A stretch of 64,000 nt of DNA from the human T2T-CHM13v2.0 reference genome, Homo sapiens. Positions within the stretch are counted from its first letter, which is position 1. Each line of letters begins with the position of its first letter. Location of the stretch: the NCBI RefSeq assembly GCF_009914755.1, contig NC_060927.1. One strand, given 5' to 3'. The notes beneath the pieces were generated by a model. That model worked only from the letters and a program-made list of their open reading frames with translations, ran no database searches and was not told the origin of the DNA. This document shows positions 1 to 14,770 of the stretch, piece by piece. Made by a program: the position numbers and the translations under genes.

Positions 1-1392
1 AATGGTATTCTTTGATTTCAGAAGCCTAGTCTACATTATGATATTTTTGGAAATAAGTCTTTTTTGCACCATTAAATAGCATTTTTGATAGTGTAATTAT
101 CATGCCTGCATGAGTATTAGAGCTTTCAAATACACTATTTTTATTTTTGCTCTTCTTGCAGTGTTATATGAGAATGACATAATACTTAGTTTTATAACAG
201 AAATGTAAGTGGTAAGGAATTTTTCCCCCATTCTGCTTCAACAGAAACATGTTTTATATGGACATTTTAAAGTTTTAGAATCTAAATGCAATCCTCATTC
301 TTATAACATTGGTTAAAAAATAAAATAAAAGATCATCATTAAGAGCAATTTGTGCAAGAAACTAAGGTTTGAATTTCAATGGCCCATCCTCATATAAATT
401 CTATTTTGGATTCCTAGGTCTCATCGATTTGTTGTGATATTACATATAAATGAAAATACCAAATGTCTTTTGCTTTGTCAGTGAAAAAGTAGTTTGGGCT
501 TAATAAATGGTTCCAGTGATGTCTATTTGGAAGCTTCATGACATATTAAAGCAGTTGATAAGGAACATTTGTTGTGGGGTCACGTCTGATTGATGGTTTA
601 CTACCTAGCACAGCCTCATCTGCTGTGGTATTCCCATAAGAAATGTTCATTGCTAGACAGTGCTAAATGTGCTCTATCTAAATCATTCATTACTTATAAC
701 AAGTTTTAGTATATATATGAATCAAATGTTGTTTATAGTTGCCTTCAACAGGATTTATCATTTTGAAGCTTTTCTACCACTTCGAATGGAATAACTAAGA
801 TATAGATTTTTTAATAAGTGTTTTGAGCCCATGGCGGTAATGTACCAAGAATTCAATAACAAAGTAAATATTAAGCAAGTTTTCTAAGATTAAAGTTAGA
901 ATGTAGTTTTGTAACTTTTTTTCTGTTTCTAAATACAAACAATTGTATATTTTTATAGTATGGGGTGTTGGCAAAATCATTAAAATAAAGGGCAATTTTA
1001 AGATATTTAGCATTCATAAATATCACATGAGGCACACCTTGCTTCCAGCAATTAGGAATAACTTATTTTTTATATATAACAATTCCAGTTTATCGTCTGA
1101 AACTGCCTTTTAATTACAAGCTTCTTTTTTTATATGTAACCTGTTCTCATTCCCATTAAATCTAATCTTCATTCGTTTCATTTTCTTTCTCAGTGTCTTT
1201 CACTCTATTTGGCTCTTATTTCCTTTATGCCTCTAGATTCCTCTGTTTGGTTTTAACGACATAATTTGACATTCTCAACCCATGGCCAATGCTCAGTAAT
1301 ATCCGGGCATCTTTGCAGTCTACATCACAGCTCCTTCTGAAATCCCAAATTTAGGGAAACATTAATATTTGTTATTGTTCTATTTTAAGTAA

Positions 1393-1710
<318 letters not shown>

Positions 1711-2611
1711 TAAACTAATAGAAGATTTGTTGTCATGTGTGTATTACCTGAACCAGGAAAACATTTGAGATTATATTAATGACTACAAAAATAAAAAATA
1801 GGAATCATAGATTGTATATTTTGAATACATTTCCATTGTGAATGGCAAGGCTAGAAGTCACTTTTGTGTTTCCATGATTGGAGACATTTTGAGACAAATG
1901 TTTCCTTTGTCCTGTATCAAAAGTTATGGGAAGAGGGATCATGGTTTCAGTTAGAAAAAGAGCCTGTGAATAATATTGTATAACACCAATTTGCTTTATG
2001 TTTTCTTCAAGTTGTGTATGTGAAGCAAGGTGTTTTAGGGCCAAATTTAGTACCCTTTCACATATGTTCATGTATTTTCAGCAAAGTAACATTTAAAATG
2101 TCAATATAATTTCGTCAAAAATTTTTGTTATTTGACTAATGATGCAAAAGTTTGAGGGAACATTATTAAAAATTTTAAATGTGTTTTCCATCTTACAGTT
2201 TCAAACTCGTAGATTCAAGTTAATCATATTTTCCATTTAGTCCCTCTGGGATTTATCTCTGCATAAAACCTAAGAAATATATTCTTAATTTTCTTTCTTC
2301 ATAGACAATATAATCTTGATAGGTGAAAGCTGTTTACACATTTCTGAAACCATTTCACATTAATTTGAACTTCAAATGGAAATTGACAGGAAAATCTTTA
2401 CCCTCTAGCCAAAGAGAGTAATTTAATACTTTCCACCTCTGTGGCCACATAAAAATAATTTTTTTTTCCTTCAAAATATATTTAGTGCATTCCAGATGAT
2501 TCATCCATAATTAACACAATAAAACTTTACACTGGATATCAAAGTAAGTTATGTAATAGAATAAAGTTATGAGCCATGTAGGGAATTGTGTGTGTTTTTT
2601 GTTATATAACA

Positions 2612-2800
2612 CAACAATTTTTCACCTTCAGTGCACATTCAAATTACTTAGAGGACTTGTTAAAACAAATTGATGAACCCCCCTTCCTAGCGGTTTTGAT
2701 TCAGTAGGTCTGGGGTGACACCCAAGAATTTGCTTCTGTAACAAGTTTGCAGGTAATGCTGTTGCTGCAGGCCCTGGAGCCACACCTTGAGAACGCCTAG
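2612..2800. mobile_element. MER5A (hAT-Charlie MITE)
   Basis: cttgttaaaaca...gattcagtaggtctgggg...aagaatttgc...taacaag...cacaccttgagaac matches the MER5A pattern. Confidence 0.8.
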
Positions 2801-2819
2801 TATATGTAAACTGGTCTTC

Positions 2820-3030
2820 AGTGTCAGAAGAGTGTCATTTAAAATCATGGCGTTACCACATAACAGCCCTGTGACCTTGGATAGCTTACATAACCTCTCT
2901 AAAAGCTGTGTCTTGAAGTTCGTAAATTGGAAAAATCATGCTACCTGCCTGAGAAGGTTGTTGTGATCATTGAGATAATGTATCTAAAATGCCTAAGACA
3001 GTGTCCAGTACATATTAGCTGTGCAGTGAT
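2820..3030 (+). mobile_element. MIR SINE
   Basis: ctgtgaccttggatagcttacataacctctct core and ggttgttgtga...tgagataatg. Confidence 0.75.
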
Positions 3031-3411
3031 TCTTGACTCTCTTTCCCTTCTGCAAGTGTACGCAGCGTAAAGTCATGATTCTCACTGAATAGATGAGCTG
3101 AGCAATATGTCTTGCATTTCCATTTGTCTAGCTCTCAGTAAATTAAGAAAAAATACATAGTTATGTATGACATATTCCAGATAATCCTTGATAATCTAAT
3201 ACTCATCAGATAATTGCTCTACTTGATGGAAATTTCTTAATAAAAAGATGTGGTTGCTGATCTTAAGGAGCCTCAATGATTGCTATAAAGAGTTGTTTAT
3301 AAAAAGCATTCAACCAGAATGGCACTTTCGTTCTTCAGGTTTTAGTCAAAAGTTTCTCCCTCAAAAAGGAATTCTTCTCCACTAACCACGCAAGCAAAAG
3401 AAGCCTAGCTT

Positions 3412-3876
3412 CATAGTATTCCATGGTGTATATGTGCCACATTTTCTTAATCCAGTCTGTCATTGTTGGACATTTGGGTTGGTTCCAAGTCTTTGCTATT
3501 GTGAGTAGTGCCGCAATAAACATACTAAAAATGATGGTTCATGTCCTTTGTAGGGACATGGATGAAGCTGGAAACCATCATTCTCAGCAAACTATCGCAA
3601 GGACAAAAAACCAAGCACCGCATGTTCTTACTCATAGGTGGGAATTGAACAATGGGAACCCTTGGACACGGGATGGGGAACATCACACACTGGGGCCTCT
3701 TGTGGGGTGAGGGGAGCAGGAAGGGATAGCATTAGGAGATATACCTAATGTAAATGATGAGTTAATTGGTGCAGCACACCAGCATGGCACATGTATACGT
3801 ATGTAACAAACCTGCACGTTGTGCACATGTACCCTAGAACTTAAAGTATAATAAAAAAATATATATATATACATAT
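3412..3876 (+). mobile_element. 5'-truncated, 5'-inverted L1PA (about L1PA3-5)
   Basis: antisense ORF2 end 3412-3525, sense ORF2 end/3'UTR from 3526 to A/(AT)n tail; 18-bp TSD aaaagaagcctagcttca at 3396-3413 and 3877-3894. Confidence 0.96.
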
Positions 3877-3974
3877 AAAAGAAGCCTAGCTTCACCACCC
3901 ATATCATCATTATTATCATTGCCTGAAAACTATTTTACATCAGTTATCTTGTTTAATCATTTTTTATTGTTTTT

Positions 3975-4102
3975 TTCACTAGTATTTATGTGTTAGAGAG
4001 AAAGGAGCTGGTCTTGCGTATTTATCACAGCATCCCCCACCTCCAGAAATGCTTGGGATGTAGAAGTTGGTGAATGTATATTTGTTGAACAAATTAATGA
4101 AT
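3975..4102 (+). mobile_element. L2 3' end relic
   Basis: ends ...tatttgttgaacaaattaatgaat, typical of an L2 terminus. Confidence 0.55.
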
Positions 4103-4745
4103 ATGAGTGTACTTAGAGAAATCTGCTTGGATTTTACAGGGGAGGAAGCATTTAAACTGAGCACCCAGTGAGAGAAAGACATCTCAAGTTGAAGAAAACA
4201 CTAAATGTTAGGGCATTGAGAGGACAGTAGAATGCCATTTTTCTAGTGATCTACAAGCAGCTTGGCTTTTGTTTTTTTAAGAGATTGAAAGGGAAGCGGG
4301 AGCAAGAGTCACATAGGCATAACAGGAAGAATGTATCAATCCGTGCCCAATGGAGATCAACACAAGAATTTTACCCAGTAAAGGAGAACTATCAGTGGAC
4401 ATCTAAGTGTCGGTGTTTCTCCTAACTATAGGATCATTGAACTAAACAGAATGTGTTAAGTATAGCATTTAGACAGCTCACTGATTCTCAAGATAGAGAA
4501 GCAGACCTGGTAATCCTTTGGGACTATTAGAAAAATTAATGATTTAGTAAAGAAAGGAGTTACCTGAGGAAAAGGCACACTATAATTTTAAAAGGCTAAT
4601 ATTTCTAATTCTGAAAATAATTTGATTATTACTCCTTGGGATTTATTTTGAACATTTAATCTTAAACAAGAACATAAAAAATACTGTTGATACTTCAAAT
4701 GCTTTTTTTCATCTATTTTTTTTCTGTGACTTTGCTTTAAAAAAA

Positions 4746-4875
4746 ATTTTTTTTGTTTTTGTAGAGACAGGGTCTTGAAATGTTGCCCAAGCTAGTCTCA
4801 AACTCCTGGACTCAAGTACTCTCAACTCTACCTCCAAAAGTTCTGGGATTGCAGGCATGAGCCACCACATCCAAA
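4746..4875 (-). mobile_element. FLAM / Alu monomer
   Basis: gtagagacagggtct...gttgcccaagctagtctcaaactcctggactcaag...gggattgcaggcatgagccacc. Confidence 0.85.
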
Positions 4876-4883
4876 CTTTTCTG

Positions 4884-5217
<334 letters not shown>

Positions 5218-5298
5218 TGAAATGATATAAAATTAATTTACATGCCGGTTTTCATTTTAATTATAAAAAATATATTCCCATCATCATCAAAGCCATAA

Positions 5299-5592
<294 letters not shown>

Positions 5593-5704
5593 TAAAGCCA
5601 TAACTTTTAATGACTGCATTCTGCTCCATTTTATGGGGACATTACAATTTACTTAAATATTTTTCTCTTGAATACTCAGATAGCTTACCATGTAAACATA
5701 GGTT

Positions 5705-6165
5705 ATATTCAGATTGTTAGCTAGAAGACTACTTGTGTGTAAGCAAGACACCAAAAGTAGTGGCTTAAATAAATAGATACGTATTTCTCTCATGAAAAAG
5801 ATTGAACTAGCATTTGCCTGTATTCTTGAAGCTGTCATAGGCTCTTTCTGTGTTATTGATATACAGTGACCTAAAATCTTGTTCTCATTGACCTGGTTCC
5901 AAAATGGTCCATGATAACTTGAGATCACTGTATGTACGTAGCAAGAAGAAAAAAAGGAAAAGAAAATCACTTTGCCAATGGCTTACTGCAGAAATTATGC
6001 ATAACGGTTTCATTCATTTTCTATAAGACTTAGTCATGCTACTCTAGTAAGGGAAGTAGGGAAACACAGCTTCTTTTTGAGGTGATTCTGTGCCCAGCTA
6101 AATGTTATCACTATAAAGGAATAAGAAAATGGGTAGTGGTGGATAAATGGCAGTCTCTGCTATGC
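5705..6165 (-). mobile_element. Old MaLR LTR (MLT1J/K-like)
   Basis: agtggcttaaataa...gacttagtcatg...agggaagtagggaaa...tgtgcccagctaaa...gcagtctctgcta. Confidence 0.65.
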
Positions 6166-8119
6166 CTAGTCAAGTTTCTCATTCCAACAATGTCCCTTTT
6201 ATGGAGATTATCTTGGGAAACCACTAAATTTGAGGCATGATTAAATTTCCTTTTGAAGAATACTGCAGTGGCCTAATTCACAATGTTTCTGCTACTTTCT
6301 TTAAATTATATGCTTTCAAATATTCACTAAATACTTCATTAATTACTTGATTTGTGAAAAGCTCAAAGAATGACGTAACATTTAAGTCATCCTCTGGTCT
6401 GTGGCATTGTTTATTTTAGGCCATTTTGAGAGTTAATGGCTAATTTATTTTAAAATAATCATCATATAAAAACATAAATACATTATCCATCTATAAATAT
6501 ATAAATACATTCGAAAGATTTTTTCGTAAGAGCATTTAACAGGAAGCTGGATATCTAATAAGATTTTGTTTTATGAACTACTTTAAGTATATATTTAATT
6601 GTCAATTAGGTAAAATATGATTCTAATTCCCAAAATTAATGTTTGCAGTTATGAATTTTTAAAATAGATTCTGAAAAATGTTATTGGGTATTTAAAAAAA
6701 ACCCACAATCTCTATTTTCTGGGGCTTTGTAGAGAAAAAAAGATAAAATTGTGTCCAGCAAGTTTGATTACAGTTATCCATTTAAAAACTGAGCAACAGA
6801 GACACATTTTTCCTTCTAGTGGGATCCTGTCTGATTTTCAAGCTGTAAAATTTGATCTTTCATTATTAAACATTTGTCATTTTCATGGCCAAAATTGTTC
6901 ATCTTCCCTAATCAAAGCTCCCTTGGCCCACTGCAAATTATCAGTGAGATGAGCAGCAGAAACTCAAGTGACATAGAAAATAACAGCTCTGTATACACTA
7001 GAAAATACTAAAAACTCTCCCCTGCTGTAATAATACGTAAACACTATTGGTATTATCTTTAACTCAATTGTTAGGTCCACTTAGGTAAAATACATGGGTT
7101 GAAGATTAAAGTGAAAAGAGTTAATAGATAGGAATTAATATTTCCTTTCAGTGCTGACAGAAAATTTACCTTTGCTAACAAAACCATTTTATTTTCTCTT
7201 ATTTGGTTACGGCTTGCTTGGCCATTACAGGATTGTATCTATTTTGTAAAATTTCCCCAGAACTAGGAAAAGCCTCAACACATATCACTTACCTAGTAAG
7301 TCATAGCCATCATAATTATGACATGGAAGAAGAGAAAGGAGTCAGGGAACAAAATGAAAAAGAGAACTAGCAATAAAGGAACTGAAGAATAGAGGTGTGA
7401 AAGAAAATCTGATACTTATTTCTTTATGCGCAATGATATTCTGAGTAGTTTCAATTCAATTGTTTATTACGTATACAGCAAGAATGAAATTGGGATTTGA
7501 ACTTGCCTTATTCACCTCAATAGTTGTCTATTGTCATTATGTATAATTCTATTGTTAATAAAACCCAACGTTCAAAAGTAATAAAATTGATGAGGTTTTG
7601 GGCTCCACCATAGGAGATTTATTTTTGATTTATTATTGAAACCCCCGTGGTAAAACTAGAAATAGAACTTTAATATTAGCAGAAGACTGAACTTGTTGTT
7701 CTGTGATTACATACTCTGGCTTTCCCTCCCACACTGTGATGATGGTTACAATTCATTTCATGGTACCTCAAGAGAAATATTTGACATAGGGGGAAAAAGT
7801 GCCTAATAGCTTCTAGTACATGTATTTGAGACTTTAAGTACATAGCTATAAGGAATTTAGTTTCCTTCTCAGCCTATTAGTAAACTTTACATACCCAACT
7901 TTACATACCCACTGGATCAAATGGAGTGTGAGTTCTTGTCTCTTTCCCCTTCTCACATGTTTCTACCAAGCTGACCTGAATATCTTTCTATACCCCTGCA
8001 ATAAGGTACGTTGAAGTTTTAACTTTATCTCCAAGTTCCTTCTTTTACTTGCTCACTTAAGTGATCACACTTACTTTGGTTAGTCATAAAGCAATTTGAT
8101 GACTAAAAATAGATTTTCA

Positions 8120-8392
8120 GGCTCATACCTGATATCCCAGCATTTAGGGAGGTCAAGGTGAGAGGTTTGCTTAAGGTCACAAATTCAAGACCAGCCTGGG
8201 CGTCATAAGAATACACTGACTCTTAAAAAAAAAAATTAGCCAGACATAGTGGTGCATGCCTGTAGTACTATCTACTTGGGAGGCTGGTCAGCAGGAAGGA
8301 TCATTTGAGCCCAGGAGTTTGAGGTTACATTGAGCTATGATTGCCCCACTATGCCCCAGCCTGGGAGAGTGACAGAGCAAGATCATGCTTCT
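8120..8392 (+). mobile_element. AluJ, diverged
   Basis: gaaggatcatttgagcccaggagtttgaggttac...gagctatgattg are J diagnostics; AT-rich low complexity follows. Confidence 0.9.
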
Positions 8393-10968
8393 TTTTTAAA
8401 AATTATATATATAATGCTTATTAATTATAAATTAATATTATATAGAAATTATGTATAATTATTTTTATTAATCAAATTTATTTTGTTATATATTTGATTA
8501 ATAAACATAATGAAATTGACAATGAAGTTGAACCACTGTGTCTTTCTAAAATCTGGATGAATGAAATCAAATTTAAGAAAATATTTTAGAAAGATTCCAA
8601 GACAAACTGATCAAAACAGAGCTTTTGATGTTAGAGCTTTTGAATGTCTTAAGGATGCCTTCATGCCTTAAATCTGAAAAACTGTTGAAGTTTTGTAAAA
8701 TCTAACTGTGCAAATAAATGTCTAAAAGCAAATTTTGCATTTCAATGTGTTATTACTACTTGATATTTCTTAGTCCATCAATGATATTTTTAAATGTAAA
8801 ACACTTCTATTTATGACATTTTATATGTCCTTTAAACTTATCTAAATATTTCACTTCAGTTTGCCTTTTTAGAGCTTTTCTGGATTTTTATGATCTGAAT
8901 GGCATATTTTCAAAATATTGTATTTGATAAAAAAGTGAAGAGTAAACACTGATGCACCTGATTGTGTGTACTTGTAAATACAGCTTCCTAGGCAATAGAT
9001 TAGATTTAGATGTTGTGTCTCAAATATTTGCTGCAAGGTTTCATTTTACCCACAAAATGCATTCAGATTTTGAAACGCATGCTTTAGTGGAATATAAATA
9101 ATATAAAGCAATAAGGTATATATAGCAATAAGATATATTGGAAACCATATACTGTTTCTAGATATGTCACCTGTTTTGGACAGTGGCATATGAGATTATG
9201 TTATGAGGACAAAAGATTGACCTGGGAGTTTATCTTTCTCTTTCAAGAACTCTGAACATGGGCGAGACACCTGCCCTCTATGTGTTAATTTCCTCTTCCA
9301 TATGGTATGCATGTTAAGTTTACTCATCATGATTATTCTCCTTAGCAAATTGGAATCTGCGTCATTTTTATTTGAACAGCAATTCCAGATCACTCACAGA
9401 CACCAAGAGTATAGTAAACGCATGCTGTGTGCAGCACCACTTTGAATATGAGTTTGATTTGGGGCTTATCACATTTCCTTATTTGGGTGTATATTGTTAT
9501 TAATCGTTACAATAATTCATATGTTTATATCTCCAAGTTTATTAATTTGTAGGAAATTAAAATCTTGTAATGTTTGTGTCTGTAACACAAATATTAACAT
9601 ATATATGTGTAATTCTTCCATAAGTGCCTGTCTTACTACATATAATCTGGGGGAATTTTTCAAAGTTTAGCATAGAGCTATTAATTCATCTTTACTATAA
9701 TCATCAACTATTTAATACCACCAAAATTCCCCTGGTACCACCAAAGTCTATTGCATAAACTACTAGCTACAAATCCTAACAAAAATGAACCAATTGCAAA
9801 AAAAAAAAAACTTAGAAAATTAAGATTATATATCAAAATATAATTACGTAATAAGAAGCTAGTTAATTGCACAACACTGACTGTGATTTTACTAGTAGAG
9901 CAGGAACACTTGAAAAATACAAAGATGAGTTAAAAGCAATTGCATATTATTCTAACAAAAAAATTCATGCTGGCAAGCTGTCCTTTTGGTCTCCCTCAGC
10001 CTTCAGTCAATTTCATTTATCTTCCAAGTTACCTTAACCTTGTGGGATAGAACGGTATCCAACATTTCACCTCCTTGACCATGTTCAAGAAAGCTTGTTT
10101 GTCTTGGGCATAATATTTTAGCCAATCCTGGATGCCAGTCTATCACTCTAACTAATATATTTCTAACCAGAATAATATGAGTATAAAAATATAAGTAATG
10201 TGAAGTCTACAGTACTGAAGCCCTGAATGGATTTATACTGCTTTACAGCATATGTGATTTAAAGCTAATGGTGTATCTCAACATTTTATAAGCATTTAAC
10301 TTTTGCATAAATCACATTCTAGGTCACAAAGCATATTATGATTTTAAAATATTATATAGCTTCCCATTTTTGGAAGGGCATTTGTTTAATGGTTGGGAGA
10401 GCCCGGCAAGTTGTCATTCATTGAAAATGATTCTTACCTTTAGCTGATGGATAAATAAGATGTCAATGCTGCAAATAAAATGAACTTTTTTTAGTTCTAA
10501 AAAAATGCATTGCTCATGTTCCAAGCACTAAGAAAGTAACCATCAGAGTTCTTATATTCTGCCACAAGAATTATAATATGTTAGTAATTAGCATGCGGAA
10601 ATATCTTAATAAAAATTCTTCAGGATAAGTCTGCCATTTGGGAACTGACAGTAAAATAAAGGCAAAAATGTAATGAATTTATCTCATTTGTGTTGTGAAT
10701 CTTGTAGGAGTGTTCTGTCTCCTTAAAGATCATTACCTGTTCTTCAGCTGGTACAGCTATATTTTCTAAAGGTCAGAATCAGTGTAATATTAGTTCATTT
10801 TCCCCTTCAATTAAACAAATTATTTGTGATATATGAGGAAATTTGTTATCAGATTTAACTTGTCAGAAATGCTACCATAACAATATTAGACTAACTACTG
10901 TAAGGAAAAAAAGAATAAACACAAAACTTCAAATCTCAGAGACTTACCTGCTCACATCACCTTCTAAA

Positions 10969-11030
10969 GGTCTCTTTCCTGCAGCGATACAGGTTCCTTG
11001 GTCTCTTTCCTGCAGTGATACAGGTTCCTT
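10969..11030. repeat. 31-bp tandem duplication x2
   Basis: ggtctctttcctgcagYgatacaggttcctt twice, 1 mismatch. Confidence 0.95.
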
Positions 11031-11054
11031 TTCTCTAATGCCTCTGCTGTCCCC

Positions 11055-11245
11055 TACTACGGGTCCAATCCAGCCCACAGCTTGTTTCGTATGGCCCCAG
11101 AACTAAGAATGCTTTTCGCTTTTTTAAAGCGTAAAAAAAAAAAAAAAAAAAAAAAGGAAAAATATGTGTTTGAAGAATTACGTGTCTTGCAAATGTATAA
11201 TATTTACTATCTCTTTACAAAAAAAAAAAAAAGATGTGTTGATAT
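11055..11245 (-). mobile_element. MER58-family hAT MITE
   Basis: gggtccaatccagcccacag...aactaagaatg...aatatttactatct...tttacaaaaaa. Confidence 0.65.
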
Positions 11246-11252
11246 TTTCCCT

Positions 11253-11500
11253 TGTGCTGTGGACTGTTCAACTGGATCATTTACATTAGGCCAACTGATT
11301 TGAGAAGAGAGAAAATGCTTGGGAAATTCACTGGAAATTTCCATAGCCCTGCAGATTGTGTCTGTACTTTTTCCAATATTCTGTTGGTCAGAATCAGTCA
11401 CTTTGACATACCTAACCAAAAAGGAAGCTGGGAAACATAGTTGTGTTGGATGCTTAAGAGCAAAAGGAAAATGGCTTAAAAAATAACTATTAGCTGCCAT
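11253..11500 (-). mobile_element. Old MLT1 LTR fragment (may start near 10880 and be interrupted by MER58)
   Basis: attctgttggtcagaatcagtcac...acctaacc...ggaagctgggaaacatag. Confidence 0.6.
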
Positions 11501-11929
11501 GTTTAAAATGGGACGTAAAAAAAGTGAACACTTGCAACAGATGATGTAGCACTATATTTTGTAAGAGTATTTTCTGAATGAATCTTTCACTATGGTGGAG
11601 ACTTCTAGCATATGTTTCCTCTTTTTCCAATTATCCAGGTGAATAACAATTTCCTATCCACTTATAGTTAGGGGCGTATAACATAAAACAATACTTTGGT
11701 ATAAAATTTGGAAAGCTGTCTTTGAAAATATTCCACAATGTTATGAAACAGTGTTTACAGACAATAAAGTAGAGGATTGTTTCTTTCCTGGTAGACAATC
11801 TAATTAGGTCAACATGTTGACTGTTGGTCCCCATGAACTTCCCTCAAATCTTGTGATTCTGCCTGTGAGATCCTCACAATTCCTTTAACAGGCTCTGTCT
11901 CTGTTACCATCCCAACTCATCTCCAAAAC

Positions 11930-12440
11930 TTTCATGAACTATGAAGAGTCTTAGATTTTACCCATCTTGCAAACTAACAAGTAAGCCTGTCATGATTTCA
12001 TGGATCCTCAGAGAAGACACGTGACTCTCAGGTGAGAGACATAGATCTTTGTTACTCCCAGCACAGCAAACATCATCAACATACACATGCCTGAGTGTTT
12101 CAATCCCCCTTGAACCCAAGTCTTATAGAAGCAACACAGATGAGCCCAGATGAATGACTGCACAGAGTGGGTGCCACTTCAGGAGAACTATGAGTGTAGG
12201 GAACCCAACTTTTTTATGAATGGTAGTAAGCATGCCTGCTCTTAGCTCTGGGAGGAAATCGGCTATAAGCAAATCTACCTTTTGCTCTGGATGGATACAC
12301 TATCTCTATCTTCCAAGGCTGTTCAACCTGTATATATCCTTACAAATATATCCTATAACAAAGGGCAATTATATGCTAGCCATGCTAGCAAGACAGAGAA
12401 AAAAATCACTAGAGTATGGTAGGGAATTTTTTACAGAATT
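11930..12440 (-). mobile_element. ERVL-type solo LTR (LTR40-like)
   Basis: gcaaactaacaagtaagcctg...tatctctatcttccaaggctgttc; related to 19327-19827. Confidence 0.7.
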
Positions 12441-13244
12441 ATTGTCATTGGACTACTGTATTTTCAAAATATATCTGGTACATGTACAGATTTATATTAG
12501 AGGCCCACTTAATAGTAGGTATAGATAGATTAATTAAAATCTATACCCACTGTTTATAGGGAAAAAAACTGAATGAAATCATCATTTCTATTAGTGACAC
12601 AGTTGTTTGAATGGCCAATTTTATGTAACTACAGAATGATGCAATTTCATTAAAATTGATTATTATATAGTTATAACATGTAAGTAGCTTGTTTGCATTA
12701 TAAATGTTGATAGTTGTGATTCAAATTTTATTGAATGGTAATCAAATGTTCCAAAGACAAGAACACATAGGTCTTTCTCGGTAAATATAATTTCTATTCA
12801 ATTACCAGAAACTCTTCTCTAGTTCAGAAATCTAACTTGTGAATTGTTCAAGGTGGAATTCAGCTAATATTACAAACCTCTACGTATGGTGTGGTATATT
12901 TATTGAATAAAACTCTCACAGACCAAATAATCTCTATTAGTACTCTCTATCCAAGAAGAACCAAAGTGAAAACAACCTATATACTGTGTTGTAAGCATAA
13001 TTCTTCCATTTTTGTTTGCCCTAAGTGATAAAAATTCCTGATGTCTTCATCTGTAGCATGATTTTCCTAGCTGAGTTTAGTGTGGAATTCAATATATGTC
13101 TAATAAATGAATGACTGGTAACACACAGGTGTCTATCTGCATAAGGTGATTTATCTGAGGAATGAAGTCCTTCTAGAATGAAGTTTTGCACATGAGAACT
13201 TATCGAATATAACCTATAAATCAGAGGGAAAGAGAGAAATGCTC

Positions 13245-13324
13245 TCAGGTTAGTGCAAACGTAATTGCGGTTTTTGCCATTGAAACTAATGGTAAAAACC
13301 GCAATTACGTTTGCACCAACCTAA
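13245..13324. mobile_element. MADE1 (Hsmar1-derived MITE), 80-bp palindrome
   Basis: aggttagtgcaaacgtaattgcggtttttgccatt-gaaact-aatggtaaaaaccgcaattacgtttgcaccaacctaa followed by TA. Confidence 0.95.
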
Positions 13325-14589
13325 TATAAATATTGGCATGTTTATTGTTAGAGAGGTGTTTAAGTGACAAAGCAAGACATAAATCAGGAAATGGTATCAT
13401 GCAGTATTGGTGTGGTGAGATTTTGGCCTTAGAAGTCGAATGCAACCATGAGGAAACTGCTGTGCCCAGTAGTATAGTAGAAAATCTGCAGAAATGAATT
13501 TATTTTTTGAGCACAAATGAGACAGCCCTTGTAGCCTCCAAAGATATTTGGTGAGGATTTAATTTGGTGCCACTTATTCTAGTAAATCAGAATGCAAAAT
13601 CTGATTCATTACTTCTATTTTGATCTTGATGTGTCCAAAGATTTTATAAACCTGAGTAAATTTGGTTTGTACTAAAAGCATTTTGATATACCTTGAATCT
13701 ATCTTTAAAGTGGGGCTGTTTTTCCCCATTCCTTTCCAGCTCTTCTTTTCTCTTTGTATAAAAGTATGTCAATGAATTCTATTAAGTTTAAGCTATTATG
13801 ACAGTAAATTCTTAAACTTTAAAAAAATAATTTCTACTTAATCTTTTATAATAATCATGTTGGAAGATAATTTATTTGTTTGAGTTAAAACAATTGAATG
13901 TAAGAAAAGAGTCTGTTAAAAATTGATAGACTGATAGCCTGGATTACGTTTTGCTATTCAAGGGTATTTACACTTCAGGTTTTTACAATGCAACCTAATT
14001 TTGCAAATATTTATTAACACAACTATACAAAAGTGTGATATGCATATCTTCAGATAACTGATGACATGATTCTGTCTGCTTAAAGTATGAGAAAAAATTT
14101 CATGAAGACTTTAAAGATATTGGTGAAATTCTACTTTTTTCAAATCTACTAGTTATTTTGGTCATCAGAACTCTTTGATCAAGGGAATGTTCTTTAAGCT
14201 ATATTTTCAAAGATTAAAAGTCAAGGAACTCCAAAACTCAGAAGTCGGGATAGGAGTTATTTGTAGTAGTCTATGTGAAACGTGGACCTATTTCAGAAAA
14301 GGCTCTATTACTTGGTCACTAATGAAATAGCAGAAATGATGGATAAAAAGAAGAGGAACAAATGTCTTACAGGTTTAAGCCTAAAGACAGAAATTAATCT
14401 AGTGGATTTGGTTTAGGAAATTATATGTTCTGTTTTGAATAGGTCGATCTGGGTTAAAATGCCCATTATACAGTTAAATATGTGCTGAGAGAAAAACCAG
14501 AGTAAAGTCAAGAATTTGGGAAATATCTAGATGTGATAATAACAGTGACTGTGGACAAAATGTATATTTTAGTTTCCATCCAGGGTGTT

Positions 14590-14770
14590 TAATACACCTT
14601 ATTATACTTAATCCTCATTAACCCTAAAGCAGTAAGTATTTATCTGTATAAGAAATTGCTCTTTTATGAAGTTAAATAACTTGAGAAGTACTATTCAGTT
14701 ATTTCTAGACCTGGATTTCAGTTCAGATCTGTATAACTGTGAAGATGGCATGCTCTTAACTCCTGAGCGC
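14590..14770 (-). mobile_element. MIR
   Basis: ttaatcctcattaaccct...gaagttaaataacttg...gctcttaac. Confidence 0.6.

Noticed and set aside
587-596. PBX-HOX site TGATTGATGG; partial CTCF-like motifs at about 16333 and 28175
   Set aside because: Isolated or mismatched short motifs expected by chance in 64 kb.
7883-7910. 14-bp tandem duplication aactttacataccc x2
   Set aside because: Real but ordinary slippage, with no further signal.
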